DNA from: Epithemia pelagica
Taxonomy: Eukaryota; Protista; Bacillariophyta
Assembly (NCBI GenBank): GCA_946965045.2
Contig: OX337229.1
Location: forward strand, 4,340,001-4,404,000
DNA: 64,000 nt
Direction: 5' to 3'
The position numbers were made by a program, and so were the translations under genes. The notes under the pieces are model-generated. The model was given only the letters and a program-made list of their open reading frames with translations, was not told the DNA's origin and made no database searches. This document shows, one piece after another, positions 1 through 11,188 of the stretch. Position 1 is the stretch's first letter. Each line of letters starts with the position of its first letter.

Positions 1-20
1 GGAAAGAGAACAGGGAGAAG

Positions 21-1400
21 ATGTCCTTGGAGAAGAAACAAGATCTCTTCAAGGAAGCCGTGAAGACATCGCAAACAAAATATACTTTCACGAGTATGAG
101 TTTGACCGATGAAAAGAAGTTGGATGAGTGTTATAACACTGCCATCATGATTTCCAAGACCAAGGACACGCATATGGTTTACGATATGCATGACGTGTTC
201 ACGATTGTGTTCCCCAAGTCGAAGGGATCCCGGAGTATTGAGTCTCGTACTGTAGATCTATATTTAAATTATGAGGAAGTTACTCCCGATGAAGTTGCAG
301 CCAGTTGTGAATGGTATCGCCGCTGGACAAAGAAGGATTGGTACCGGGAGAATTTGGTACTGACCTACAAGCATCTGGAAAATAACATGACTCAAAGCCT
401 GTTTGAAAAATGCTACGAACAGTTTGAGACTTACCCTACCATTCAACAAGGGGGTCCGCTGCTCTTCGTCATTATGATGAACATTCTGGTTTCAAGTTCG
501 GAAGCCGCTATCGATCACTTGAAAGACTTGGTTAAGAATTTGAAGATCAATGAGTTTCAAGGTGAAAATGTTCTTCGTGTTGTAAGTTTGATCCGTGGTG
601 CACACAAGCGCTTGAAATGGGTCAAGAAAGTTCCAGAGCGTTTTAATCAGCAAGTGCTAAAGGTCATGCAAACTTCATCCGTTGGCAAATTTAACTCCTA
701 TTTCCGCTATATCGAGCAAACTTATACAATGGCACGGGACATTGGTAAACTTCAAGGTGATCCTGATGACACTGGTGGCTTGGAAGTTGATGTTTTACTT
801 CGCTTAGCCGAAACTAAGTATAATGAATTATGCAGCAGTAACGACTGGCACGGTTCTAAAACGAAGGGAAAGAACTCCGTGTTCAATGCCCAAGAAGATG
901 CCAAGAAAGCTGCCAATACTGCCTCTTCGGGCAATGGCAAGCCCCAACCAATTTGTTGGAATTGTGGAAAGCCGGGACATACGGCACCGAAGTGCACGGA
1001 ACCCCGCAACGAACAGAAGATTGCTGCGAACAGAGAGAAGTTTGGTTCTAAGAAGGCAGCCAATGGGACGAGTTCCTCAAATTCTGGAGCAGGTGGTGCA
1101 TCCGGAAAGTGGGCGCCTCCAAAGTCGGACGAGCGAAATCGACGCGTGATTGATGGAAAACATATGTTCTACAACCATCGCACGCATCGCTAGGTTCCGG
1201 ATCGGACGCATTCTTCCAACCAAGATGCGAGTGCTCATGCCGCGCGAGCCGACGGCGCCAGCACGACCAGCACGCTCACCGGAGCGACTGGTACTGTGGC
1301 TGGTTCTACTGTCAATCGCGCTGAGCTCGATGCTGCAGTCGCAAACGTGGCACGCTCCGTCGACCAGTCGCTCCGCAGTCTCGTGGAGCATTTCTCCTGA
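21..1400 (+). CDS. gag: Copia Gag (5'-partial; frame open to window edge) with an internal TAG at 1191-1193
   Basis: Zinc knuckle CWNCGKPGHTAPKC (CX2CX4HX4C). After TAG 1191 the same frame continues VPDRTH...SLVEHFS to TGA 1398-1400, suggesting a TGG>TAG nonsense change. Confidence 0.88.
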
Positions 1401-1415
1401 TGGGGTGGCCGCTGG

Positions 1416-4400
1416 GTGGCGTCTTTGGATGGTCCATCTGGTGTAGGCCGACCCTATCATCGCTATGGTCCCAGGAGGGAAACCTGGGCGACCTCTATCT
1501 TCTCATCCTTACTCGACTGTGCGCTCATGAGGGGGATGGGGGACCTATTTTGGCTTTATCTGCCGTGGTTATTTCTACTGTATCTCGCCTTGTTCACAGG
1601 CCTTTGTTGTGCCATGAGCTTGGTCGAGCAAGACTCCAAGTCCGGAGCCACAGCTGCTCATGCTGTGAGCACTCCACCAAGACCGCCAAAACCTCGTTTG
1701 AGACAATCGGTACGCTCCTATGGCCTCAAAATGAAAGCAAGACGTCGAGTCCATCGTGTGATCTGGCGAAACAACCGTCCTTGTCTTTGGTACAACACGG
1801 ACGACTGGGACAACTGGACCAACCCGAGAACGTCGTCTCCAGAGGGAGCGACAAACGACACGACGAAGACTCTTCGAGACCAAATCTTTGGTGGATTGTT
1901 GCTTTGGAGTTTGGCCCTGAAGGACGATTCCTTGCTACCACAAGTCGATCCAGTTCGTCAGTGGCAGACAATCAAATTGTTGAGTCATGGGGCGTGGCTC
2001 GGAGCTGACCTTACAAGACGAAAGACCCCTTGGAAACTGATGTTGCGACAAAGCATGGTTGCAGCAGCCAATTTTGGACAACTGAAAAGTTTTCAAGCCG
2101 TCACTGTCCCGTTGAACCAGGTTGATTGTTCTGGTTTGAATAGTGAGACTATTGGCGAATTGTCACGTCGCATGACGGTGTACATGAGTCAACGCGAACA
2201 AGATGTGCTTCCCATTGTGATCGATTCTGGAGCGTCCAAATCGTTGACGCCAAATCTCCAAGACTTCGTCGGGCCAATTCAACCGGCCGAAATCTCATCA
2301 TTGAATGGATTGTCTGGAACAACAGCAGTCCGAGGTTTTGGCACGGTCCAATGGATGGTTAGAGATGTTATGGGGGTAGCTCGAACGATCAAGACGAAAG
2401 CATACTACGTACCAGAAGCCTCGATTCGTTTGTTCAGCCCGCAAACGTTCTTCCAAGAACAGCAAGCTGGAAAACTGGTACTCGACCACAAGAAAACGCA
2501 GTTGCAAATCCCGGATGGGACATGGTTAGAATTTCCATATAACTCCGGTAGTAATCTTCCCTTTATGCTCACAGGGAATGTGAACCAAATGGGACTTACC
2601 TTCAAAGATGCAACGATGCTGGGTGATGGATATTCCGTCAAGTCGGCCTTGTCCACGGCAAATCACAGTGGCTTGATGAATGTGGCCGACGAGACTAACC
2701 AGAACTTGACGGCATCGCAAAGGGAGCTCTTGCTGTGGCACTGGAAGCTTGGCCATGCCAACATGCAATGGATTCAGACGCTCTGTCGAGATCCAAAAGC
2801 AAACAGTCGACGGTTAGTGCTGGAGACAAAAGAAGCGAAGACAACAAGTTGCGTCATACCTTTGTGCGCAGCTTGTATGCTCGGGAAGCAACATCGCCGG
2901 ACGCCTCATTCGAATCGCGGTGGATTGGTGGATGGAAAGGACAGTATGCTCAAGAGGGAGCACCTTCAACCAGGAGATTGTGTTTCGATTGATCAATACG
3001 AATCAACGATTCGTGGCCGTCTTCCTCACACGTATGGAAAAGAGAGGACCGAAGAACAGTATAGAGGGGGAACTCTGTTTGTCGATCATGCCTCTGGCAT
3101 GATCTTCTTGGCGAACCAAGTGTCCCTTCGAGTTGGTGAGACGATCAGTTCAAAGAAGAAGTTTGAGCGGTTCGCGGATGAATACGGTGTCAAGATACGA
3201 GAGTACCGCGCCGATAATGCTCCGTTTGGCCGAGAAGAATTTCTGAACCATGTACACGGAAGTGGTCAACGTATCAGCTTCTCAGGCGTTGGGGCACATC
3301 ACCAGAATGGAGTCGCGGAAAGGGCAGTAAAGACCACAATGTCTTGGGCCCGTACTATGTTACTACACGCGACCATTCACTGGCCCGAGCAAATGCATTT
3401 GCATCTTTGGCCCTTTGCCGTTGAGCACGCCGTCTGGCTCTGGAACCACCTTCCGAATCGCCGGACGAACATCGCTCCACTCGAAATCTTCTCTGGCATC
3501 ACATTCTCCGATTTTCACCACCTTCAGCGGAGTCACGTATGGGGATGTCCTGTGTATGTCCTGGACCCCAAGCTTCAAGACGGAAAGAAGTTGCCTAAAT
3601 GGCAAGCCAAGGCACGACGTGGTCAGTTTCTTGGGATTTCGCCCGACCATTCTACTACTGTTGGTCGTATACTCAATCTTCGTTCGGGATTCATCAGCTC
3701 ACAGTATCATGTGGTCTACGATGATTTATTTTCTACGGTCCCTAATGCCGATTCTGGCGGGCTCTTAGATGAGCCAAATTTGAACGGTGACTTTTGGCAA
3801 CGCCTGCTAGCGGCGGGCACTGAATCTAACCTTCCTGACGAAGATGATGATGATGGTAATTTGGAGCTAGGAGACGAGTGGATGACCGATTCCGAGATTG
3901 CGGAACGGCATGCCCGACGTCAGTCACGTCCTCCTCGTCCCTTGCCCACTCCACCTTTACCCATTGTTCCTGTTCCAACGTCTGTTGACGGGGGGAGAGG
4001 CCGAGCTACAAGGAACCATGTTCGATTCCAACCTCCACTGGAACAGCCAACAGAGCGAGGGCAAGGACCAGAACCACCTGCAGAACCCGGTGAATTGCCA
4101 AGTCAAGATCAAACAGGTGGATTGTTACCTCCAGAGGGAGCTCCAAATGGTGAATTGTTGCCTCCAGAGGGAGAAGCCGACGAGGAAGAACATGAGATCG
4201 TTTTTGAAGACGACGCAGACGATGACAGCACGACAAGACAAGAAGAGATTGAGCGCCGTAATAGACATTTTGCCGAACCCGATCCAGAATCACATGGGAG
4301 GGGCAAAAGGGAACGTCGTCCCAATCGTCACTTGTTTGATGAGCGATTGTGGGCATCGACTGCTTACTTTCCTCGTGGGTCAACAAGGCCAAAGCAAAAA

Positions 4401-6221
4401 GTGAGACGAGAGCTGTTGAATGCACAGTTCCTCCAATCCCTTACCTGGGACACTCTGACCAGCGCAATCGTGTCCAAATCCAAAGACCTATTGGCAATGG
4501 ACCTGTGGCTGGATCGTCATACAGATCCGGACACACGCTGGATTGAAGAAATGCATCCTATGGCATTGGCAACCAAGGCCGATGCTGCAGACAATCCCTC
4601 ATGGGAACAAGCCATGAACGGTCCCGACAAAGACGGGTACTGGGAGGCTTGCAAGAAAGAATACAACACGCTTCATGAGAAGATGAAAGCATGGAAAGTC
4701 GTGGCAAGAGAGACATGGATGAATGTCTTACCTGGCACATGGGCGTTCAAGTGCAAACGGTATCCCGATGGATCCGTACGCAAATTGAAAGCACAGTTTT
4801 GTGCACGGGGGGACAAACAAGTCGAAGGAGTCGATTTCTTCGACACGTTTGCACCCGTTGTGAATTGGACGACTGTGCGCCTGATGATGATTCTTTCCAT
4901 CATTTTGAATCTGTCCACGGTACAAGTTGATTACACGGCAGCATTTGTACATGCGCCGATTGACAAGGATCCCAATTGGAACAAGATGACAGAAGAAGAA
5001 CAAAAGAAAAGTGGCGTGTATGTTGAGATGCCGAGAGGGTTTGCGCAACCAGGGAAAGTCTTGAAACTTACTCGATCGTTGTATGGCCTAAAGCAGGCAC
5101 CACGCAACTTCTTCCTTCATCTGAAAAGCAAATTGGAACAAGTCGGACTCAAGTCACAGGAACATATTGACCCGTGTCTGTTCATGTCCGACAAAATCAT
5201 TGTGCTGGTCTATGTGGACGACACATTGATTTACAGCCCCAAACGCGAGTGGATTGATGAGTTTCTTGGGAAACTCCAGAATCAACAGAACGTGACACTC
5301 GAGATCGAAGACAGTGTAGCCGGATTTCTCGGCGTACACATTGAACGCAACAATAGTGATGGTACTATCACGTTGACGCAAAAGGGCCTTATCAAGCGAA
5401 TTGTAGAGGCTCTTCACATTGGAGACAAACCCATGAAACGGACACCAGCATCGAAGGATCCTCTGGTGGCAAACAAAAATGGGACTCCAGCACAGTGCAA
5501 ATTCAGCTATCCAAGTGTCATTGGAATGCTGCAATACTTGCAAGCACATTCAAGACCCGACATCACATATGCCGTCAGTCAATGTGCACGATACACCCAT
5601 GATCCTAAGACAACACACGAAGAAGCGTTAGAAAGGATCGGACAATACTTGAAAGGGACAATGGAGAAAGGGCTCATTCTCCGTCCAACTTACGACAATC
5701 TCAACGTTGATTGTTACGTTGATGCAGACTTCGCGGGTCTGTGGCCACATGAGGACAAGATGGATCCGTCATGTGTCAAAAGCCGAACTGGGTTTGCCAT
5801 TTGCATCGCAAACTGTCCAGTCATCTGGCAAAGCAAGTTGCAATCGGATATTGCAACATCAACAATGGAGGCGGAATACACAGCGCTCAGTGTGGCGATG
5901 AAATCTGTGTTGCCTCTTCTGGAACTTCTTAAAACTGTGGCACGAGGTGTTGGCATGACAGAAGATCAGAGCACGAAATTCAGAACCACAGTGTGGGAAG
6001 ATAACAATGGTGCCCTGACGCTCGCGAATATGGAGCCGGGCAGGTTCACACCAAGATCAAAGTTCTATGCGATTCGAATGCACTGGTTTCGATCGCACTT
6101 AAAGCCTAATCGAGTCACGGTTGAAAAGATCGAGACATCGAAACAACGTGCAGACATCATGACAAAGGGTCTGACGAAAGATACATTTGAAACAATTCGG
6201 AAGCTACTGTGTGGATGGTAG
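1416..6221 (+). CDS. pol: Copia Pol polyprotein (protease, integrase, RT, RNase H)
   Basis: Protease IVIDSGAS; integrase HHCC (WHWKLGH...CAAC) and DDE (SIDQ, ADN, QNGVAER); RT DYTAAF and YVDD; RNase H DADFA, EAEY, EDN, ADIMTK. Confidence 0.96.
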   Translation: MASLDGPSGVGRPYHRYGPRRETWATSIFSSLLDCALMRGMGDLFWLYLPWLFLLYLALFTGLCCAMSLVEQDSKSGATAAHAVSTPPRPPKPRLRQSVRSYGLKMKARRRVHRVIWRNNRPCLWYNTDDWDNWTNPRTSSPEGATNDTTKTLRDQIFGGLLLWSLALKDDSLLPQVDPVRQWQTIKLLSHGAWLGADLTRRKTPWKLMLRQSMVAAANFGQLKSFQAVTVPLNQVDCSGLNSETIGELSRRMTVYMSQREQDVLPIVIDSGASKSLTPNLQDFVGPIQPAEISSLNGLSGTTAVRGFGTVQWMVRDVMGVARTIKTKAYYVPEASIRLFSPQTFFQEQQAGKLVLDHKKTQLQIPDGTWLEFPYNSGSNLPFMLTGNVNQMGLTFKDATMLGDGYSVKSALSTANHSGLMNVADETNQNLTASQRELLLWHWKLGHANMQWIQTLCRDPKANSRRLVLETKEAKTTSCVIPLCAACMLGKQHRRTPHSNRGGLVDGKDSMLKREHLQPGDCVSIDQYESTIRGRLPHTYGKERTEEQYRGGTLFVDHASGMIFLANQVSLRVGETISSKKKFERFADEYGVKIREYRADNAPFGREEFLNHVHGSGQRISFSGVGAHHQNGVAERAVKTTMSWARTMLLHATIHWPEQMHLHLWPFAVEHAVWLWNHLPNRRTNIAPLEIFSGITFSDFHHLQRSHVWGCPVYVLDPKLQDGKKLPKWQAKARRGQFLGISPDHSTTVGRILNLRSGFISSQYHVVYDDLFSTVPNADSGGLLDEPNLNGDFWQRLLAAGTESNLPDEDDDDGNLELGDEWMTDSEIAERHARRQSRPPRPLPTPPLPIVPVPTSVDGGRGRATRNHVRFQPPLEQPTERGQGPEPPAEPGELPSQDQTGGLLPPEGAPNGELLPPEGEADEEEHEIVFEDDADDDSTTRQEEIERRNRHFAEPDPESHGRGKRERRPNRHLFDERLWASTAYFPRGSTRPKQKVRRELLNAQFLQSLTWDTLTSAIVSKSKDLLAMDLWLDRHTDPDTRWIEEMHPMALATKADAADNPSWEQAMNGPDKDGYWEACKKEYNTLHEKMKAWKVVARETWMNVLPGTWAFKCKRYPDGSVRKLKAQFCARGDKQVEGVDFFDTFAPVVNWTTVRLMMILSIILNLSTVQVDYTAAFVHAPIDKDPNWNKMTEEEQKKSGVYVEMPRGFAQPGKVLKLTRSLYGLKQAPRNFFLHLKSKLEQVGLKSQEHIDPCLFMSDKIIVLVYVDDTLIYSPKREWIDEFLGKLQNQQNVTLEIEDSVAGFLGVHIERNNSDGTITLTQKGLIKRIVEALHIGDKPMKRTPASKDPLVANKNGTPAQCKFSYPSVIGMLQYLQAHSRPDITYAVSQCARYTHDPKTTHEEALERIGQYLKGTMEKGLILRPTYDNLNVDCYVDADFAGLWPHEDKMDPSCVKSRTGFAICIANCPVIWQSKLQSDIATSTMEAEYTALSVAMKSVLPLLELLKTVARGVGMTEDQSTKFRTTVWEDNNGALTLANMEPGRFTPRSKFYAIRMHWFRSHLKPNRVTVEKIETSKQRADIMTKGLTKDTFETIRKLLCGW

Positions 6222-6237
6222 CCGAGACATTGCGCTT

Positions 6238-6246
6238 GAGAGGGAG
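6238..6246 (+). promoter_or_regulatory. Polypurine tract of the copia element
   Basis: GAGAGGGAG lies 17 bp after the pol stop and directly abuts TG at 6247. Confidence 0.75.
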
Positions 6247-6418
6247 TGCGAGTATAGCTGGGGTAGCAAGCTTATACCTGGCAACAAGACTCATCAATCA
6301 CGAATGATGAGCGACGTAGATGTGAACGAGTGGATGGAATGACTCATCCAAAAGATATTGAAGAAAAGATCCAAGTGAATTTAGTGAGAATTTAGGACTA
6401 ACATAATAGTGATTATCA
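6247..6418 (+). repeat. Probable 3' LTR (~172 bp, TG...CA)
   Basis: Starts TG after the PPT and ends TTATCA, where plausible host coding sequence on the minus strand begins. The 5' LTR is not in the window, so the right end cannot be confirmed. Confidence 0.6.
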
Positions 6419-6918
6419 GAATAAGTATCCTTTACGGATTGCTCAATGGGAAAGAGACCGCCGTTCTTTTCCACTACTCGCATGGGACCATTCTCACGTC
6501 CAGCAATCACAAACGTGTAAATGATACGACACGGTGATGATTCTTCCGAATCGTTGGACTGGAACGCATTGAGATTGCACATTACGCCACGAGACAATTT
6601 TGCGAGATTGCGATAGTTGTCTCGGTAAACCGTTGGATCATGTATGGTGGAGAACATCCCAACTAGAATCCGAGAGGGTCTAGGTACTCTTTCTTCTCTT
6701 TGGCTGTGGTTTCTCAATAAAGGGCTGATTGCAAGAGGAGGAGATACATCTTGAATGGCGTCTTCCATGGATACCTTTGTCAGTAGAGTCATTTGGAAGT
6801 AAAATGACCATGCCATGAGCCATACTGCAATGATCGTTGGGCAGCGTCGGGCGACGCGGATTTTCGGACGATGGAAGCAAAAAAGGGAGTTGGAACTTGT
6901 GGCGTTCATGGTGGTCAT
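6419..6918 (-). pseudogene. 5' part of a type II membrane glycosyltransferase-like gene (GT31/galactosyltransferase-like), truncated by the copia insertion
   Basis: Short tail, then TM TIIAVWLMAWSFYFQM, stem, RILVGMFS...CRIIYTFVIAG. The frame runs into LTR sequence after KDTYS. Family call is by recollection of motif style only. Confidence 0.5.
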
Positions 6919-7085
6919 GCAAGCGGAAGAACTTTGTGACGGGAATTCTTTGGATGTCACACTCTTACTCGAACGAGTTTACGAATATTCGTACTCGTAC
7001 TCGTAAGTTACGGATACTCGCGTACACCAGTATTTTATCAATTATCACGTGCTGAGTCTTGAATTATACGGCAATGTCCCTACCC

Positions 7086-7236
7086 ACCGGGTTCGAGTGG
7101 ATAGTGGATGTAGATTAGTCCATCCGAAGTGGCTTGCTGGCGCGCGAATTAGCGAGCGGGAAGTAGAACACTCCAAAATCTTTGGATAGAAAAACCTAAA
7201 CTAGCCTCCACACTCTTTGCTGTTTATCCAATTTGA
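7086..7236 (+). repeat. 5' pseudo-LTR (partial tandem copy) of the Penelope-like element
   Basis: Matches 10486-10629 apart from a few substitutions and a 7-bp duplication AGTGGAT at 7096-7109. Confidence 0.9.
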
Positions 7237-7307
7237 TATACACCTACAGAAGCTGACTCGCCCCACCGTGGTTCCGAATTCCAATCCAAGAAAGGATCTT
7301 GCCGACA

Positions 7308-10300
7308 ATGACAATGCTCCACAAAAGCTTGTCGGTCGATACAAACGCAGTTGAACAAGCCCTGTGCTCAGTTTCTTTGAGCCGCCAACCCGCGAACCAA
7401 GAAACTCCCCAGGTGCCAGCATCGCAACCATCTTCGCCGCCAGCGCCATCGCCGACAATGAAACTTTCTTGCTTGAACATTCAGACCTCCGAAGGAGAGA
7501 AAGCCCAAGCGGGTACGACCGGATACAGCCAGGAGACGGATGAAAAAGACCTTAATCGGAGAGAGGAAAAACTCCGATTGCTGGTGCAAATGCTAGCTGT
7601 TGAAGTTTCTGAACGCTTCGTCCCGGCCCCCTCGGAGGACGAACGCACAATCGACGCCATTAATGGAATCGGTGATTTCAAGACGAGGTGCCGCTGGGCC
7701 GAATACTGGCGGAATGAACACAAAGACCGCGTCGAAACGGAGCAAGCAGTATGGGCGAGTTATTACCACAACAACCCCACGCTGCTCTCCAATAGCCAAT
7801 GGGACAGGTCACTCATGGACCCCGAGTGGCAGTGGCCCGACCTGTTCTCCGGCAAGAACTACGAAGAAGAACTAGAGGATGATACGAAGGACCTATTCAA
7901 GTCAGGCCTCAACAGTGGTGCCAAACCGGAGAACAAGAAGAAGAGTGCCCCAGTCGGTTCCAACAAGTTAGAATGTTTTCTGAAACAGGTAGAAGAAGCA
8001 ATCATTGTGGAATCACTCGCCAATAAGAAGACAAGAAACGAAAGCAAACTCTCGCTGGAAATCAAAGATCTACTCAAACAACTGAAAGAACATGATCTAG
8101 TCGTTATCCCCACGGATAAGACAAACTCCTTCACGATCATGTCGACTGGCGAATACTCAAAGGAAATCAACAAACACCTCGCGAAGAGCGCCGTCAGGAT
8201 CGATCGCTCCAGACTCACAGAGATCGTAGACAACTGCTTCTCTTTCATTCAAGAACTGGACCCGTTCATTTCAACGAATGAGAGAAACTTCTTGAAAGAG
8301 AAAATTCAATCCAAGGCCATCCCATACCCGAAAATTCTGGTCAAGGATCACAAGAAGGCAGGACCCGACGGCAACTACCCAACACGTCTAGTCGTGCCCG
8401 CAACGAACTTCACAGCGGGCTTCCCTAAAATCGGCTACCTTGGCATAAAAAACTTGTTCAAGGAACACAACATTGAGTACGGACAACGTAACATCGTCCA
8501 AGCCTCAGACCTCAAGGAAAAACTCGAACAACTGCCCTTCGACTTCTCCAACTCAACAATCGTGTCGGTAGACGCTGAAGCCATGTACCCGTCGATTAAG
8601 TTCCAACTTATCTACGACGCGGTCATCTACTACGCGGAAGCGCTACCCCCCGAGACACACCGTACAATCAACCTCTGCCTCGATTTGATCTACTTCGGCA
8701 TGACAAACACGTTGATTGCCTTCAAGGATGAGTATTACCTCTACGACAGTGATCCCAAACCTGAGGAGAGGGGTCTCACGATTGGTGGATACGAATCAGC
8801 TTGGTTGGCAGATCTAGTGATGTCCTTCCTACTAGAAGCAACCTAGGATTCTATCCACGACCCCATGCACTATTTCGGCATGTACCGAGATGACGGCCTA
8901 GCAGTATTCAAGGGCCAACTCTCAACGAAGCAAATCCAAGACTGGCTCAAAGCCTTTCAAACCGACATTAACGATGTAGCGGGAAATGAATTTCTCAAAT
9001 TCACAGCCGTGATTTGGGATCCAACCAACCTCCACGATCCGGAAACAATCGAATCCCCCAGTACGACGATTGCCAAGTCCGAATCCTTCCCTTTCCTAGA
9101 CATGGAGATGTTTTGGAACTCCAACTCCAAACTCTCCTTCAAGGTCCACCTGAAAGAAAACCAGCAGTTAAAATACCTTAACAAGGGGAGCGCTCACACC
9201 CCTGGGTGTTTCAAAGCAATCCCGAGCGGCGTTTTCAAGCGACTCACGAAACTTACCTCCCTTGACGACGACAACACCAACTGCAAGCTTTCGGAACTCT
9301 ATCCTACCCACTTCGAAGCCCTAAACAATGCCAAACTCATCAAACCCGAACAAGTTCCAACTCTGGGCGAGTCTAAAGAAAAAATGGCAAAGGAAAAGGA
9401 AGACACGGCATCACAAGCGCTGAAGAAGAGACGAGAGCGAGACCGTAAACGGGCGATCTATTTCAAGATCGGATTCACCGATTTTTGGAGGAAACCAATT
9501 CACAAAGTGATAAAGGAGATCAAGTCCAAATTCCCCTCCCTTTCGTGGCTACGCATATCTATGTCCTACCATCGCTTCAATAACATCCGCGAACTTTTTC
9601 AAGGGGACTTGAACTCAAAACTAGCAGACGGCCTCAATTCACTGGATTTCGAAGACCTTGACTGCAACTGCAGGAACAGAGAGGCATGCCTGTACAGTGG
9701 CCGCTGCAGGAGATCGATAGTTGTCTACAGAGCTACCTGCCTCCTAACAGGTAAACAGTACATTGGAAATACGCAACAACACGTAAAGAAACGCTTGCAG
9801 CAACACGTACAAGACGTCAAGGCTCTTGTACTCCAAAACAAACAATCAGACTCTTTCGCGAGTCACTTTGCGTGTTTTGTCCCAAGAGGTGTCAAGAAAA
9901 AAGAAATCAAACAACACATCAAACTCAAAGTTGATATCCTATGGCAGGGCAAGCCACTGTCCACAGTCAAGACGTTTGGTACACGGAACTGTAAACTCTG
10001 CGCGAAAGAGAGGCTAGAGATACTGAAATTCACACGAAAGAACCCGAAATTGGCAATCAACAAGTGCAACGAGGTTTACAGCGCCTGTCGCCATAAGCCG
10101 AGATTTCACCGGTTCAAGAACAACAAAACAACCAGCACTGATGAGTCGGACGACGACGAAAGGGTCCTCCTTTGCCGCCCGATTTCGACTACCTCGGCAA
10201 GCTCAAGGTCCTCGGTTTTTTCATGGACAACCTCCTCATCAATCTCCCCCACCAACCTATCAACTGCAAATGACGATATGGACCAGGGCACAGACATGAG

Positions 10301-10511
10301 GAGTGAAAGCATCATTGATGCGATCCCGCCCATGTCTTACCAAGAACGACGTAGACGGGGGCTCCAAGCTAGATTTGCATTCAGCACTCCCAAAGACACT
10401 CCACCAGTGCTCATTGTGGATGACGGCAACCTAGAGGAGCTCCCTATCGTTGATGCCCTGACCACCGATGTAGTTAATAACGGCGACCGGGTGCGAGTGG
10501 ATGTAGATTAG
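7308..10511 (+). pseudogene. Penelope-like RT/GIY-YIG ORF broken by one in-frame TAG (8844-8846)
   Basis: ORFs 7299-8846 and 8865-10511 share a frame. Motifs: PTDKTN, SVDAEAMYPSI, GLTIGGYESAWLADL, YRDDG, FPFLDM, CNCR...CLYSGRCR, VVYRATC...YIGNTQQ. The stop is 11 codons before YRDD. Confidence 0.9.
10135..10175 (+). ncRNA. Candidate minimal type I hammerhead ribozyme within the PLE ORF
   Basis: GCA-CTGATGA(10138-44)-GTCG gacga CGAC-GAAA(10158-61)-GGG tcc TCC-T-T-TGC. Both core boxes are perfect, stem II is 4 bp, and stems I and III are short. Confidence 0.65.
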
Positions 10512-10629
10512 TCCATCCGAAGTGGCTTGCTGGCGCGCGAATTAGCGAGCGGGATGTAGAACACTCTAAAATCTTTGGATAGAAAAACCTAAACTAGCCT
10601 CCACACTCTTTGCTGTTTATCCAATTTGA
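10486..10629 (+). repeat. 3' pseudo-LTR, overlapping the last codons of the PLE ORF
   Basis: Direct repeat of 7086-7236. Confidence 0.9.
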
Positions 10630-11188
10630 CCCATTTCTATTGTTTTATTTATGACGTCGGTGCTGTGGATGTGGATGATGAGGATGGGAGCGAGGTTTTG
10701 CGTTGGGCTTTTACGCTTTACCAGCGACCGAAACAGGACAAAGCAGTCGCTGATGGGATGAGACCTCATAGCTGTAGGTAGTAAGAAATAAAATAATGGT
10801 AGATGGAGTACTCCTACTTCAACAACATGGTCGAACTACGATGACAGCGACCCAAGTAGGTAAATAGCTTGGTTAAATTAAGAGAATGAATGTATACAGT
10901 ACAAGGCAAACAATCGGTCGGCAAGCACAGAGACAACTCTTTTGTGTGTTGGTAGCACCTCTTAGTGTCCCAAGCAATAGCAAGGAAGGCATTGTGTGAA
11001 TGAGTGGTTCTGTTGCTGCTTTCGAATCCGTTGTTCTTCTTTTCTTGTCTATCTATATGATATTTAAATGGAGCATGTCGGTAGTTTGCGATAGCATCAT
11101 GTATCCCATGGATCGTGTGGTGGCTTCCACAGGTTCTTGTAAAAGTACAATCAAAGACTGCGATTCCAGTGACAAGACCGTATCTCGT

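Larger units (their letters stand above)
1..6418 (+). mobile_element. Ty1/copia LTR retrotransposon (CoDi-like); 5' LTR and start of gag lie upstream of the window
   Basis: Domain order gag(CCHC)-protease-integrase-RT-RNaseH is diagnostic of copia. A purine tract and a TG...CA segment follow pol. Confidence 0.96.
7086..10629 (+). mobile_element. Penelope-like retroelement (RT + GIY-YIG) flanked by ~145-150 bp direct repeats
   Basis: Direct repeats 7086-7236 and 10486-10629 are near-identical. The internal ORF has PLE-type RT and endonuclease motifs. Confidence 0.93.

Noticed and set aside
1400-2008. 202-aa ORF starting at the TGATG overlap
   Set aside because: No recognisable motif and it overlaps the pol frame. 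It is kept only as an alternative reading of the junction.
10722-10756. Second hammerhead-like string (CGAAAC...GTC G CTGATGG)
   Set aside because: The core is CTGATGG rather than CTGATGA and there is no room for stem I. It is probably just a 7-bp hairpin.
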